NCBI GenBank assembly: GCA_048941015.1
Contig: JBHLNZ010000042.1
Span: 1 to 27,432, forward strand
Source of the DNA: Promethearchaeota archaeon
Lineage (GTDB): Archaea > Asgardarchaeota > Lokiarchaeia > Sigyniarchaeales > SOKP01
Reading direction: 5' to 3'
Length of the DNA: 27,432 bases
In this document: positions 18,498-27,118 of the stretch, one piece after another
Numbering within the stretch: position 1 is the first letter of the stretch
Layout: each line of letters opens with the position of its first letter
Program-made: the position numbers and the translations under genes
Notes under the pieces: generated by a model
Told to the model about the DNA's origin: nothing
Seen by the model: only the letters and a program-made list of their open reading frames with translations
The model's database searches: none

Positions 18498-18839
18498 CTA
18501 TGACTTACTCATCTTTTCTTTTATTAATATATTTTCTTCGGGAAATCCTAGATCTATTAAAAATTTTTTGAGCTTAAATTTATGATCTCCTTGGAGTTCA
18601 ATTTCATTACCTCTCACAGTCCCTCCAGAAGCACATTTTTTCTTAGCTTTTGTTAAAATATCCTTTAAATTTGCATCAAAATTACCTTCAAAAGAAATTA
18701 CTGTAACTACGCGCCCCCATTTTCTTTTATCGTTAAAAATAAGTATCTGCTGTTCATCAGCACCTAAGCTATCACATATACATAGTTCTTTTGGAAAACT
18801 ACATATGGGACAAATCTCTTCGTCTTTAATACTCTTTAT
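18498..18839 (-). CDS. sui1: Translation initiation factor aIF1 (SUI1/eIF1/YciH family); non-AUG start (ATA 18837-18839 or ATT 18828-18830)
   Basis: Not in the ORF track. Manual translation: (I)KS(I)KDEEICPICSFPKELCICDSLGADEQQILIFNDKRKWGRVVTVISFEGNFDANLKDILTKAKKKCASGGTVRGNEIELQGDHKFKLKKFLIDLGFPEENILIKEKMSKS*. It has the archaeal aIF1 Cys knuckle and the GGTV...IELQGDH SUI1 motifs. Confidence 0.93.
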   Translation of the reverse strand: MKSIKDEEICPICSFPKELCICDSLGADEQQILIFNDKRKWGRVVTVISFEGNFDANLKDILTKAKKKCASGGTVRGNEIELQGDHKFKLKKFLIDLGFPEENILIKEKMSKS

Positions 18840-19060
18840 TCACAACCTTTATTATTAAAAACATATTAAAATTCAGTTCTAAAAAATAATAGAACAAAAT
18901 CTTATAAAAATCTTTTTTATTTTAATTATATCTTTTTAAAAACATAAATTTAAATTTTACAAGACGGTTAGAGATTTATAAGTTTAATTCTACCATTTAT
19001 AAAAAATTTTTATTTATGTATAATCATTAGAAGTATTTACAGATTTATGGTCTCAGGAAA

Positions 19061-19585
19061 ATGGAAAGCTCTTGGATTTTTAAAGTAATTGTTGCTGGAG
19101 CTGGTGGAGTTGGTAAGACCGCTATGGTCACCCGTTATTGTACTGGAAAGTTTCAAGAGGGATATAAAATGACTATTGGTGCCGGATTCCATACAAAATC
19201 TGAAACATTAGATTCTGGTGAAGCCGTAAAAATGCAGTTATGGGACTTCGCTGGTGAAAAGCGATTCAGAGAGCTCTTACCAGATTATTGTAAAGGAGCG
19301 AGTGGGGCTTTTATTTGCTTCGATTTAACTGATTACGATACCTTTCGAGAGATTCCTGAATGGTTAAAGATTATTCGACAAAAAGCTGGATTTATACCAA
19401 TAATACTTTTAGGGATGAAATGGGATTTATCAAATCACGAAGTTAGTCCTGAAGTTGCCCATGATTACGCTGAAAAAGCAAAATGCAATCAATGCGTATT
19501 TACTTCTTCAAAAGAAGATATTAATATCAATGAATCTTTTCAGGCTATGGCTAAATGGTTAATCTATTACGCAAGCCAAGAATAA
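19061..19585 (+). CDS. Rab/Ras-like small GTPase
   Basis: FKVIVAGAGGVGKT (G1), YKMTIG (G2), QLWDFAGE (G3), MKWD (G4 variant) and TSSK (G5); no C-terminal prenylation cysteines. Confidence 0.92.
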   Translation: MESSWIFKVIVAGAGGVGKTAMVTRYCTGKFQEGYKMTIGAGFHTKSETLDSGEAVKMQLWDFAGEKRFRELLPDYCKGASGAFICFDLTDYDTFREIPEWLKIIRQKAGFIPIILLGMKWDLSNHEVSPEVAHDYAEKAKCNQCVFTSSKEDININESFQAMAKWLIYYASQE

Positions 19586-19683
19586 AGTTAAGTGATTAGC
19601 AAAAACTATCGAAAAACCTAAAAAGGAGGTTTAATATCTTTCATTATATGAGAAGTATTTTATAATGCTTCTTAAATCACCCT

Positions 19684-19836
19684 GCCTCGGTAGCTCAGTT
19701 AGGTAGAGCCCCGCTCTGGTGTGCCTAAAGCACCCGGCTAAGGTAAAATAGTTTTTACCTCCGGAGGTTAACCGGGCGGTCGCATGTTCGATTTTCCATC
19801 TAAGATATAGACGGTTCGAAAACCATGCCCGGGGCG
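19684..19836 (+). tRNA. tRNA-Asn(GTT) with three introns (19707..19728, 19740..19766, 19793..19822)
   Basis: Removing three BHB/BHL-bounded inserts gives a 74-nt cloverleaf: GCCTCGG TA GCTC AGTTAGGTA GAGC A CCCGG CT GTT AA CCGGG CGGTC GCATG TTCGATC CATGC CCGGGGC G. Confidence 0.88.
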
Positions 19837-19961
19837 TAATATTTTTCTTAGAATAACTTGTTTTCCCCTTTTTATTTGTTATATTGAAGAATTTAAATTA
19901 TTACGCCGAAGCTTTGTTCAAATATACGATTTTATTTTAAGTTTTTAGGATTTAAAATTTA

Positions 19962-20036
19962 TGCTCCCGCCGGGATTCGAACCCGGGTCGCCAGGGTGAA
20001 GGCCTAGCATGCTTGGCCGGACTACACTACAGGAGC
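19962..20036 (-). tRNA. tRNA-Glu(TTC), with an atypical C33
   Basis: GCTCCTG TA GTGTAGTCCGGCCAAGCAT G CTAGG CC TTC AC CCTGG CGAC CCGGG TTCGAAT CCCGG CGGGAGC A; archaeal Glu-type D arm. Confidence 0.88.
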
Positions 20037-20199
20037 AAGAATAGTGTATATGAAATATTTTTCTTTTAAGAAAATAATTCTTAATCCATTTGCATAAAGA
20101 ATTTGATAATTACATACTAAATATTATTTTCTAATTAATTTTTGATTTTAAACTTTTTTATAATAACACGTGAGAAGAGTTAAGGTTTTAAAAATTTAA

Positions 20200-20284
20200 T
20201 GCGGGAAGGGAGATTTGAACTCCCGAACTCCTACGAGACTGGATTCTAAGTCCAGCGCCTTTAACCAAACTTGGCAATTCCCGC
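20200..20284 (-). tRNA. tRNA-Leu(TAG)
   Basis: Acceptor stem GCGGGAA/TTCCCGC; anticodon arm CTGGA CT TAG AA TCCAG; long variable arm; GGGAGTTCAAATCTCCC. 85 nt, no intron. Confidence 0.93.
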
Positions 20285-20460
20285 TGAAGAATTATGCACG
20301 AATTATTTAATATTTATAAAAATTACCATAAATAATAAAATTTTATATGCGCTGTGCTTGATAGTTAAAATTAAAAATTAGAAATATTTAAGAATTAATA
20401 TTAGTGTTATAAAAACAAGAAATGGGATTAAGCCTTTTATAAAAAATTTAGGTTGTACTA

Positions 20461-21459
20461 ATGAGCGTAAGGGATTCTTTAATAAAGTATTTAACTACTA
20501 TTTTGCGATCATCACAAGGGACAATATTAGTAATTTTATGTGATTTAAACGGTCTTTCAATTGCGAAGATAGGGAGAAAGAGTGATATAGAGATAAATCC
20601 AAATCAAATTACGAGTTTGGCTTCAGCTGCTTTTTCATCTAGCGAAGAGAATTGGGAAGACCTAAATATAAATGATCAAGTTATCTCTTTTTCTTATTTT
20701 GATATGGTATGTTTAATAACAATAAGAATAAATGAAACTCTTTTAACTATTGTTCATGATTATCATAAGGAATGGCCATTAGATGCAGATAATTTAGCTA
20801 GCTCGATGTATTATATAAAACAAAAATTGGGTGAATTTTTTGGCAGTGGAATTGAAAATGAAAGAGAACTTGAGATCTTTTCCAACAAGGTTAGAAGTGC
20901 TATTTATTTATTTGGAATGGGATCCGAAGTTCCATTTGTCTCATATGCTCCTGAAAAGTTTGATAACTCTAATCTCTTACCCGCAATAAGTTATGTCTTA
21001 GATTCTCTGCAAAATCCAATATTTATAAGATATAGTTTAGTAAATCCCTCTGGATTGACGTTAGATGCTCGAGAGGTAAGTGGACAGCACCTTCCCATTT
21101 CCGTTGAAGCTTTTTCTGCTAATGCAAATGTTGCATTTCAGAAAATGAAAGAAGAGTCTCAGGGAACGTCAATTGGAGAATTATTAAGCTATATTGCTAT
21201 ATCAGGTCAAGATCCAGAAAATTTCTATGGAATAATAACATGTCCTTCAGGAAAATTAAAATTTTCTAATCTTGAAGGTATAAAAAATTCAGAGGATCTA
21301 TGTTTTGTTGGATTATTTACGCTAGTTTATGGTGGAATTCCCATTATGTGTGAATCAAGGAATCTAATTCACTCTATTTTAAAAATTATTGGGGAGGAGA
21401 GAGTAACTGAAAATTTCATTAAATCTGTTAATGTTCTTACTAGTTTTAAATATGAATAA
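20461..21459 (+). CDS. Tandem roadblock/LC7 (MglB/LAMTOR-like) domain protein
   Basis: Two repeats of the roadblock pattern: ILCDLNGLSIA...ITSLASAAFSSSE and SLVNPSGLTLD...FSANANVAFQKMK. Confidence 0.7.
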   Translation: MSVRDSLIKYLTTILRSSQGTILVILCDLNGLSIAKIGRKSDIEINPNQITSLASAAFSSSEENWEDLNINDQVISFSYFDMVCLITIRINETLLTIVHDYHKEWPLDADNLASSMYYIKQKLGEFFGSGIENERELEIFSNKVRSAIYLFGMGSEVPFVSYAPEKFDNSNLLPAISYVLDSLQNPIFIRYSLVNPSGLTLDAREVSGQHLPISVEAFSANANVAFQKMKEESQGTSIGELLSYIAISGQDPENFYGIITCPSGKLKFSNLEGIKNSEDLCFVGLFTLVYGGIPIMCESRNLIHSILKIIGEERVTENFIKSVNVLTSFKYE

Positions 21460-21509
21460 GATCATAATTTAATATTTTTTCTATTTAATCAATTATAATA
21501 TATTCAATA

Positions 21510-21971
21510 ATGAAAGATTTTAATTTTCGAAAAAGTAAACCGAAATTATTTTGTATTCATTTTAATGAATGTGACCCACGAAAATGTACTGCATTAAAGT
21601 TGAAAAAACTAATGCTTTTAGATTTCATTACGGAAAGAAATAATAAATCAAGAAAGGCTCTGATTTTAAATCCATTGTCTCAAGAAGAACTAACATTAAA
21701 AGATCGAGAGGTTATTATAAAATATGGACTTATCGTTATCGATTGTTCATGGAATAAAATATTTAATCTTAAAGATTTAAATTTTAGAAATAATCGAAGA
21801 TTGCCATCATTAATAGCTGCTAATCCCGTTAATTATGGGAAATGGGAGAAATTGAGTTCTGTTGAGGCTATAGCTGCAGCTCTTTATATTACAAACTTTA
21901 ATGATTATGCCGACTTTTTACTATCAAAATTTTCATGGGGGATTCAATTTAAAAAACTAAATCAATTTTAA
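21510..21971 (+). CDS. tsr3: rRNA small-subunit aminocarboxypropyltransferase Tsr3
   Basis: ECDPRKCTALKL, VIDCSW, RRLPSLIAANPVNYGK..KLSSVEAIAAALYI and FSWG motifs. Confidence 0.95.
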   Translation: MKDFNFRKSKPKLFCIHFNECDPRKCTALKLKKLMLLDFITERNNKSRKALILNPLSQEELTLKDREVIIKYGLIVIDCSWNKIFNLKDLNFRNNRRLPSLIAANPVNYGKWEKLSSVEAIAAALYITNFNDYADFLLSKFSWGIQFKKLNQF

Positions 21972-22023
21972 ATTGAAAATTAAAACATTTTTAATAATTA
22001 AAAAATAAGAAAAAAGAAAAAAA

Positions 22024-23631
22024 TTAATCTTCGCCGCCGCCTTTAGAAAGACCAGAAGCAGCAATAACGTCATCAATCTTTAAAATCATTGACGCAACCT
22101 CAGTTGCAGATTGAATAGCTTGAGTTAGAACCGATAAAGGTTCAATAACTCCTAATTTAACCATATCATCAGGCTTTCCAGTTTCAATATTTATACCAAA
22201 AGAACTTCCAGATTCAGATTCATGTTTTGATCTCAATTCCACGATTAAATCTACAGGATTATGACCAGCATTTTCCACAAGAGTTTTTGGGATAATTTCT
22301 AAAGCATTAGCATAAATTTCGATTGCTAATTGTTCTCTACCACCAATAGAGCGGGCATATGACCTTAAGCGTTTTGCAAGTTCAATTTCAGAAGCACCTC
22401 CTCCAGGTAGGATATATGGAATTTCCATAGCAGCTTTTACTACAGATAGGGCATCATGAAGCATTCTTTCTGCTTCATCAACTACATGCTCAATTCCTGC
22501 TCTGATTAATATGCTTACTGCTTTAGGATCAGCACATTCTGATACAAAAATCATATTATCATCGCCAATTTTCTTTTCTTCAACTTTTCCAGCTTTCCCT
22601 AGGTCAGATTCAGTGATTTCAAAAATGTTATTCATAATTTTTGCGTTTGTAGCTCTAGCAAGTTTCTCCATATCAGATTTTTTTACCCTCCGTACTGCGA
22701 TTATATTTTCTTGAGCTAAAAAATTCTGTGCTTTATCGTCAACTCCTTTTTGGCAAAAAACTATATTAGCACCAACTTGTTTTAATTTTGCAACTCTTTT
22801 TTTTAGCATATTAGCCTCTTCTTCTAAGAATTTATTAATTTGGTCAGGTGTTTGGACTCTTATTTCAGCATCAAACTCAGTTTTCTCAACTTCGAGTGAA
22901 CAGTCAATTAATGCTACCTTCGCATCCTTTATTGATTTTGGCATCATTGGATGAACAATTTCTTTATCAACGATAATTCCATCGATAATATTTGTATCTA
23001 ATAGACTTTTACCCTCTTTCTTTATAATTTGAATTTGATCCAAATCAATGATTATATGATCTCCTCTTTTCTCTTTAATTTGACTAACAGCTTTAACTGC
23101 TATATCCGCAAAATGACTTTTTACACCTGTGATTAACTTACTATTCATTGATGTTTCTGCAACTTTCATTAAGGATTCCTTATCATCAATATTTATGCTA
23201 GTAGCCAAAGTTTTTAAGATCTCTTTACTTTTTACCAAAGCTTTTCTATAACCTCGAAAGATTATAGTTGGATGAACGGATTGCTCCATTAGCTCTTGAG
23301 CAAGATTTAATAATTCTCCAGAAATTATTACACTAGTAGTTGTCCCATCTCCAACTTTGTCATCTTGTGTTTTAGCAACTTCTACTATCATTTTTGCAGC
23401 AGGATGTTCTACATCAATAGTATCCAATATAGTTGCGCCATCGTTAGTAATTGTAACATCACCTAAAGAATCAACAAGCATTTTATCCATGCCTTTTGGA
23501 CCTAAAGTTGTTCTTACTGCTTCTGCTACTGCTTTAGCCGCAGCTATGTTATTTTTTTGAGCATCTTTCCCAGTTTTTCTTTCAGTTCCTTCTTTTAAAA
23601 TAAGAATAGGGACTCCAGATAATTGTGCCAT
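22024..23631 (-). CDS. ths: Thermosome (group II chaperonin) subunit
   Basis: [32 protein letters not shown] and ILKIDDVI motifs. Confidence 0.97.
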   Translation of the reverse strand: MAQLSGVPILILKEGTERKTGKDAQKNNIAAAKAVAEAVRTTLGPKGMDKMLVDSLGDVTITNDGATILDTIDVEHPAAKMIVEVAKTQDDKVGDGTTTSVIISGELLNLAQELMEQSVHPTIIFRGYRKALVKSKEILKTLATSINIDDKESLMKVAETSMNSKLITGVKSHFADIAVKAVSQIKEKRGDHIIIDLDQIQIIKKEGKSLLDTNIIDGIIVDKEIVHPMMPKSIKDAKVALIDCSLEVEKTEFDAEIRVQTPDQINKFLEEEANMLKKRVAKLKQVGANIVFCQKGVDDKAQNFLAQENIIAVRRVKKSDMEKLARATNAKIMNNIFEITESDLGKAGKVEEKKIGDDNMIFVSECADPKAVSILIRAGIEHVVDEAERMLHDALSVVKAAMEIPYILPGGGASEIELAKRLRSYARSIGGREQLAIEIYANALEIIPKTLVENAGHNPVDLIVELRSKHESESGSSFGINIETGKPDDMVKLGVIEPLSVLTQAIQSATEVASMILKIDDVIAASGLSKGGGED

Positions 23632-23856
23632 TACATTTCACTTCTTTTTTATTTTTATAATTTGTGTTATTTATATAGATCTCTAAGTCATAAAATTAAA
23701 AAAGTTTACGAATATTAAAATTAAATAATTTAAATCTCATTTCTATTATTATATTAAAGTTTTTACTTTACTTTTCTTCCAAACATTGTTGATTCAAATA
23801 AAATTATATTGACAATAAATGTTTAGTTTTTAACTTTGTTCTTAAAAAGAGAGGAT

Positions 23857-25647
23857 ATGAGCTTAACTTTAATAATTTTAAGCACAATAAGCTTTTTCAT
23901 TAACTTGATATTTCATTTTTATAAGAAAAAAGGATATAATCTATTAAAATTTAGAGTTTTTTTAGTTTTTATTTTCATTATATATGTTATTTTTTTTATT
24001 AGGAATCTACCCTTTTTTCTTTTTATAGATTCTAATATCATTTTAAAAGCATTTAATCAATTCATTATTAAAATTACAACTTTTAATCTTTCAGTAATCT
24101 TTATCGCAATTTCACTAGTCTTTCATCTACTAAGTTATTCTAATCGAGAAACAGGATTAATTGATCTAGAAATCCCTTCTTATACACTTCTGGGAAAAGG
24201 TGATATAAAAATTGGAACTACTATCAAACGAAAATCAAGAAAACATAATTTTTATTTATCAATTAAAGATTTAGAAAAACATATGTTTATTTGTGGGTCT
24301 ACAGGTACAGGTAAGAGTAATTTTCTCCAAAATTTTCTAATTAATTATAAAAAAAAGTATGATACACCCTTCTTTTTGGTCGAATTTAAGGGTGAGTATC
24401 ATTTTTTACAAGAAAAGATTGAAGATTTAATAATAATATGGCCAGGAGAAAATTTTTCAATTAATATTTTTAATCCAGAAGGGGCGGATCCAAAAATACA
24501 TGCTGAAAGAATTTTTGACATTTTAAAAACAGGTCAATTTTTAGATGAAAATTCAGAATATTCTCCTCAAATGGAAAAAGTGTTAATTGAAATATTAACA
24601 AAAGTTTGTGAAAAAAAAAATTTTCAAAATTGGGAAGGTTTTGAAAAAAATTGTGAAAAATATGTCCAAAAAAATCGAAATTCAATTCCAATGTTAAAAC
24701 AAACTATAATAAGCATTAAAAATCGTATTCGAAGGTTTTCAGAAGGACCATTAAAAGCTGTTTTTGAAAAAAATACAAATATAGCAATAAAAGATCTATT
24801 TAATTTAAATGTGATTTTGGATTTGAGTTCTATTATTCGCCTTGGAGGCGAAAAGGAAGATGCCATGTTTTTTTTAAACATGATCTTAAAATATTTATGG
24901 GATAAAAATATAACAAATGGAGCTTCTAATTATTGCGGTATTAAGCATATTACTATTATTGAGGATGCACAGTATTTTGCTCCACAGAATAAAGCTAAAA
25001 AATCGAAATTAACCACTTATTTAGAAGATATAGCGCTATTACAGAGAGGTACAGGTGAATGCTTAATAACATTAGCAACTCGTCCCGATATTAGCAAAGA
25101 AATATTGGCCAACAATGGAGTGGTTTTAACGTTTAAAAATCACATTGAAAAAGATATAATGTGTGAATTATTAAACCTTGATAATGAAAAGAAAAGCTAT
25201 TTATCATTTTTAGAGGAAGGTCAGTGTATTATAAGAGTAAATTCAATTAAAGAACCGTTTTTGTTATTAGTGCCATATTATAAGCGAAAAACGTTAACCG
25301 TTTCTGAAATAATGAAAAGGAATAGAAAAGTATTAGAAAACCTAAATATTATAAAACGAGTTGATGATAATTTAAAAAATAAACGAGCCACTAAAATTAG
25401 TTGGCGAATTAAATTAAAAAAAGTTGTAAAAGCTTTAAGAAGTTCGCTAATTAATAGAGTAAGATTTCCCGTTAATTCACATGATAAGAAGATTTTACTT
25501 CAAGAAAATTCTGAAATTGGAGACAAAAAAATTACGCAAAATTGTTTTCAACAGAAAATTTTTCGTTCAGATAATAAAGAAAGTGATTTAAAGCAATTTA
25601 AGGAACTTATTAATGATTTATATAGACTAGAAGAAAAGAAGTATTAA
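23857..25647 (+). CDS. Membrane-anchored HerA/VirB4/FtsK-like ATPase (DUF87)
   Basis: About three N-terminal hydrophobic helices, KHMFICGSTGTGKS (Walker A), VEFKGEY, INIFNP, ILDLS and IIEDAQ (Walker B variant). The track starts at TTG 23836; the first in-frame ATG is 23857. Confidence 0.82.
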   Translation: MSLTLIILSTISFFINLIFHFYKKKGYNLLKFRVFLVFIFIIYVIFFIRNLPFFLFIDSNIILKAFNQFIIKITTFNLSVIFIAISLVFHLLSYSNRETGLIDLEIPSYTLLGKGDIKIGTTIKRKSRKHNFYLSIKDLEKHMFICGSTGTGKSNFLQNFLINYKKKYDTPFFLVEFKGEYHFLQEKIEDLIIIWPGENFSINIFNPEGADPKIHAERIFDILKTGQFLDENSEYSPQMEKVLIEILTKVCEKKNFQNWEGFEKNCEKYVQKNRNSIPMLKQTIISIKNRIRRFSEGPLKAVFEKNTNIAIKDLFNLNVILDLSSIIRLGGEKEDAMFFLNMILKYLWDKNITNGASNYCGIKHITIIEDAQYFAPQNKAKKSKLTTYLEDIALLQRGTGECLITLATRPDISKEILANNGVVLTFKNHIEKDIMCELLNLDNEKKSYLSFLEEGQCIIRVNSIKEPFLLLVPYYKRKTLTVSEIMKRNRKVLENLNIIKRVDDNLKNKRATKISWRIKLKKVVKALRSSLINRVRFPVNSHDKKILLQENSEIGDKKITQNCFQQKIFRSDNKESDLKQFKELINDLYRLEEKKY

Positions 25648-25679
25648 ATTTTAAGAGATAATATTCATAATATTATTTA

Positions 25680-26891
25680 ATGACCTTAATTATTGGAATT
25701 GTTGGTAAACCTAGTGCGGGTAAATCTACTTTTTTAAACGCATCATGTTTAACAAATGCGAAAGTTAGTGAACTCCCCTTCACAACAATTGAACCAAATA
25801 AAGGAGTAGCATACGTTAAATCAGAATGTTTATGTAAAAAATTTAAAATAGATGATAATCCTAAAAATTCAATATGTATAGAAGGAAATCGGTTTATTCC
25901 AATACAACTTTTAGATGTAGCAGGCTTAGTTCCTGATGCTCATAAAGGTAAGGGTTTAGGAAATAAGTTTTTAAATGATTTAAGTAAAGCTAATGTGCTA
26001 ATTCATATTTTAGATATCACCGGTTCGCTAGATAAAACAGGTAAAAGGGTTTCAGAGGGTGCTAATGACCCTTATGAGGATATAGTATTTCTAGAAAACG
26101 AAATTGATATGTGGTTTAAGGAAATCCTTGAAAGAGAAGATTGGAATAAATTTTTAAAAGTTTTTTCTCGACAGAAAAGTAAATTCATTGAAGAATTATA
26201 TAAAAGACTTTCAGGAATAAAGGTAAAGAAAAATCATATTATTTTAGCATTAAAAGATACAAATTTAGAAGAAAAAGATCCATCTCTATGGAATGAAGAT
26301 GAACTATTTAGTTTTTCTAAAAAACTAAGAGAAATTTCTAAACCGATACTAATTGTAGCGAATAAAATTGATAAGGAGATTGGGAAAAGTAATCTGGAAA
26401 GACTGAAAATTAAATATAAAGAGACTATAATCCCCTGTAGTTCCTTAGCAGAATATTTTCTAAGAACTTACCAAGAAAAGGGATTTATTAATTATATACC
26501 AGGTTCTAATGATTTTGATATATTAAATAAAGAAAATTTCAATCAAAATGAATTAGAAATGTTAGATAATATTAAAACAAAACTCCTTAGCGAGTTCAAC
26601 GGTACAGGAGTTCAGAAAGCACTAAACTATGCAATTTTTGACATTTCGAAGCAAATCTGTGTCTATCCCGTTTCAGATATTAATAATTACTCTGACAATA
26701 ATGGTAATGTCTTACCAGATGCAATACTAATTGAAGAAGGGATGACTCTGAAGGATTTCGTGAGAGAAAAGATACATACTGATTTAGCTGATCATTTTAT
26801 GTTTGGAATTGACGCTGTTAGTAAGAAAAGATTAGGAGAAAATTATGAATTAAAACATAATGACGTAATTAAAATTGTAACATCTAAATAA
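25680..26891 (+). CDS. ychF: Obg-family YchF/OLA1 ATPase, archaeal type
   Basis: GIVGKPSAGKST, PFTTIEPN, DVAGLVPDAH.GKGLGNKFL, ANKID and a C-terminal TGS domain (IHTDLA...DVIKI). Confidence 0.93.
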   Translation: MTLIIGIVGKPSAGKSTFLNASCLTNAKVSELPFTTIEPNKGVAYVKSECLCKKFKIDDNPKNSICIEGNRFIPIQLLDVAGLVPDAHKGKGLGNKFLNDLSKANVLIHILDITGSLDKTGKRVSEGANDPYEDIVFLENEIDMWFKEILEREDWNKFLKVFSRQKSKFIEELYKRLSGIKVKKNHIILALKDTNLEEKDPSLWNEDELFSFSKKLREISKPILIVANKIDKEIGKSNLERLKIKYKETIIPCSSLAEYFLRTYQEKGFINYIPGSNDFDILNKENFNQNELEMLDNIKTKLLSEFNGTGVQKALNYAIFDISKQICVYPVSDINNYSDNNGNVLPDAILIEEGMTLKDFVREKIHTDLADHFMFGIDAVSKKRLGENYELKHNDVIKIVTSK

Positions 26892-26897
26892 ATTTAT

Positions 26898-27050
26898 TCA
26901 ATCTTCTCTTGAAGTTAATAAAATGTATGCTAAAATAATTATTAATAAAATTATCCCTAAAAGCACAACAATAAAATTAAAAGTTTCTTGATCTGGTGTT
27001 AATGTTGTTCCAAATAAGAACATTGTAGCAATCTGTTTTAATAATATCAT
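26898..27050 (-). CDS. Putative small single-pass membrane protein (50 aa)
   Basis: Not in the ORF track: MILLKQIATMFLFGTTLTPDQETFNFIVVLLGIILLIIILAYILLTSRED*. It fills the gap between ychF and tRNA-Ala. Confidence 0.45.
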   Translation of the reverse strand: MILLKQIATMFLFGTTLTPDQETFNFIVVLLGIILLIIILAYILLTSRED

Positions 27051-27118
27051 AATAATAATTCATAAAATATAATAATTAATTAAAAGAATTTGTTTTTATC
27101 TTTTTATAAAAATTAAAA

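Noticed and set aside
18840-18845. TTG-TGA read as Met-Sec, making aIF1 a selenoprotein
   Set aside because: Position 2 does not align to a conserved Cys, all four knuckle cysteines are already present, and I could not see a SECIS-like hairpin downstream.
19624-19665. Perfect SD-like AGGAGGT downstream of the GTPase gene
   Set aside because: Followed only by a few codons before a stop; no credible ORF.
19962-20036. Reading this tRNA as a TCA (Sec/opal suppressor) tRNA because the loop contains CTTCA
   Set aside because: Stem pairing centres TTC in a 7-nt loop, the body is Glu-type, and it lacks the long variable arm and extended stems of tRNA-Sec.
19586-20460. tRNA cluster as a possible integration site for a mobile element
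   Set aside because: No integrase, no duplicated tRNA 3' end (att site) and no foreign-looking genes in the window.
22511-23560. Two 67-aa plus-strand ORFs
   Set aside because: Antisense to the thermosome gene.
24470-24881. Two minus-strand ORFs (73 and 85 aa)
   Set aside because: Antisense to the HerA-like ATPase.
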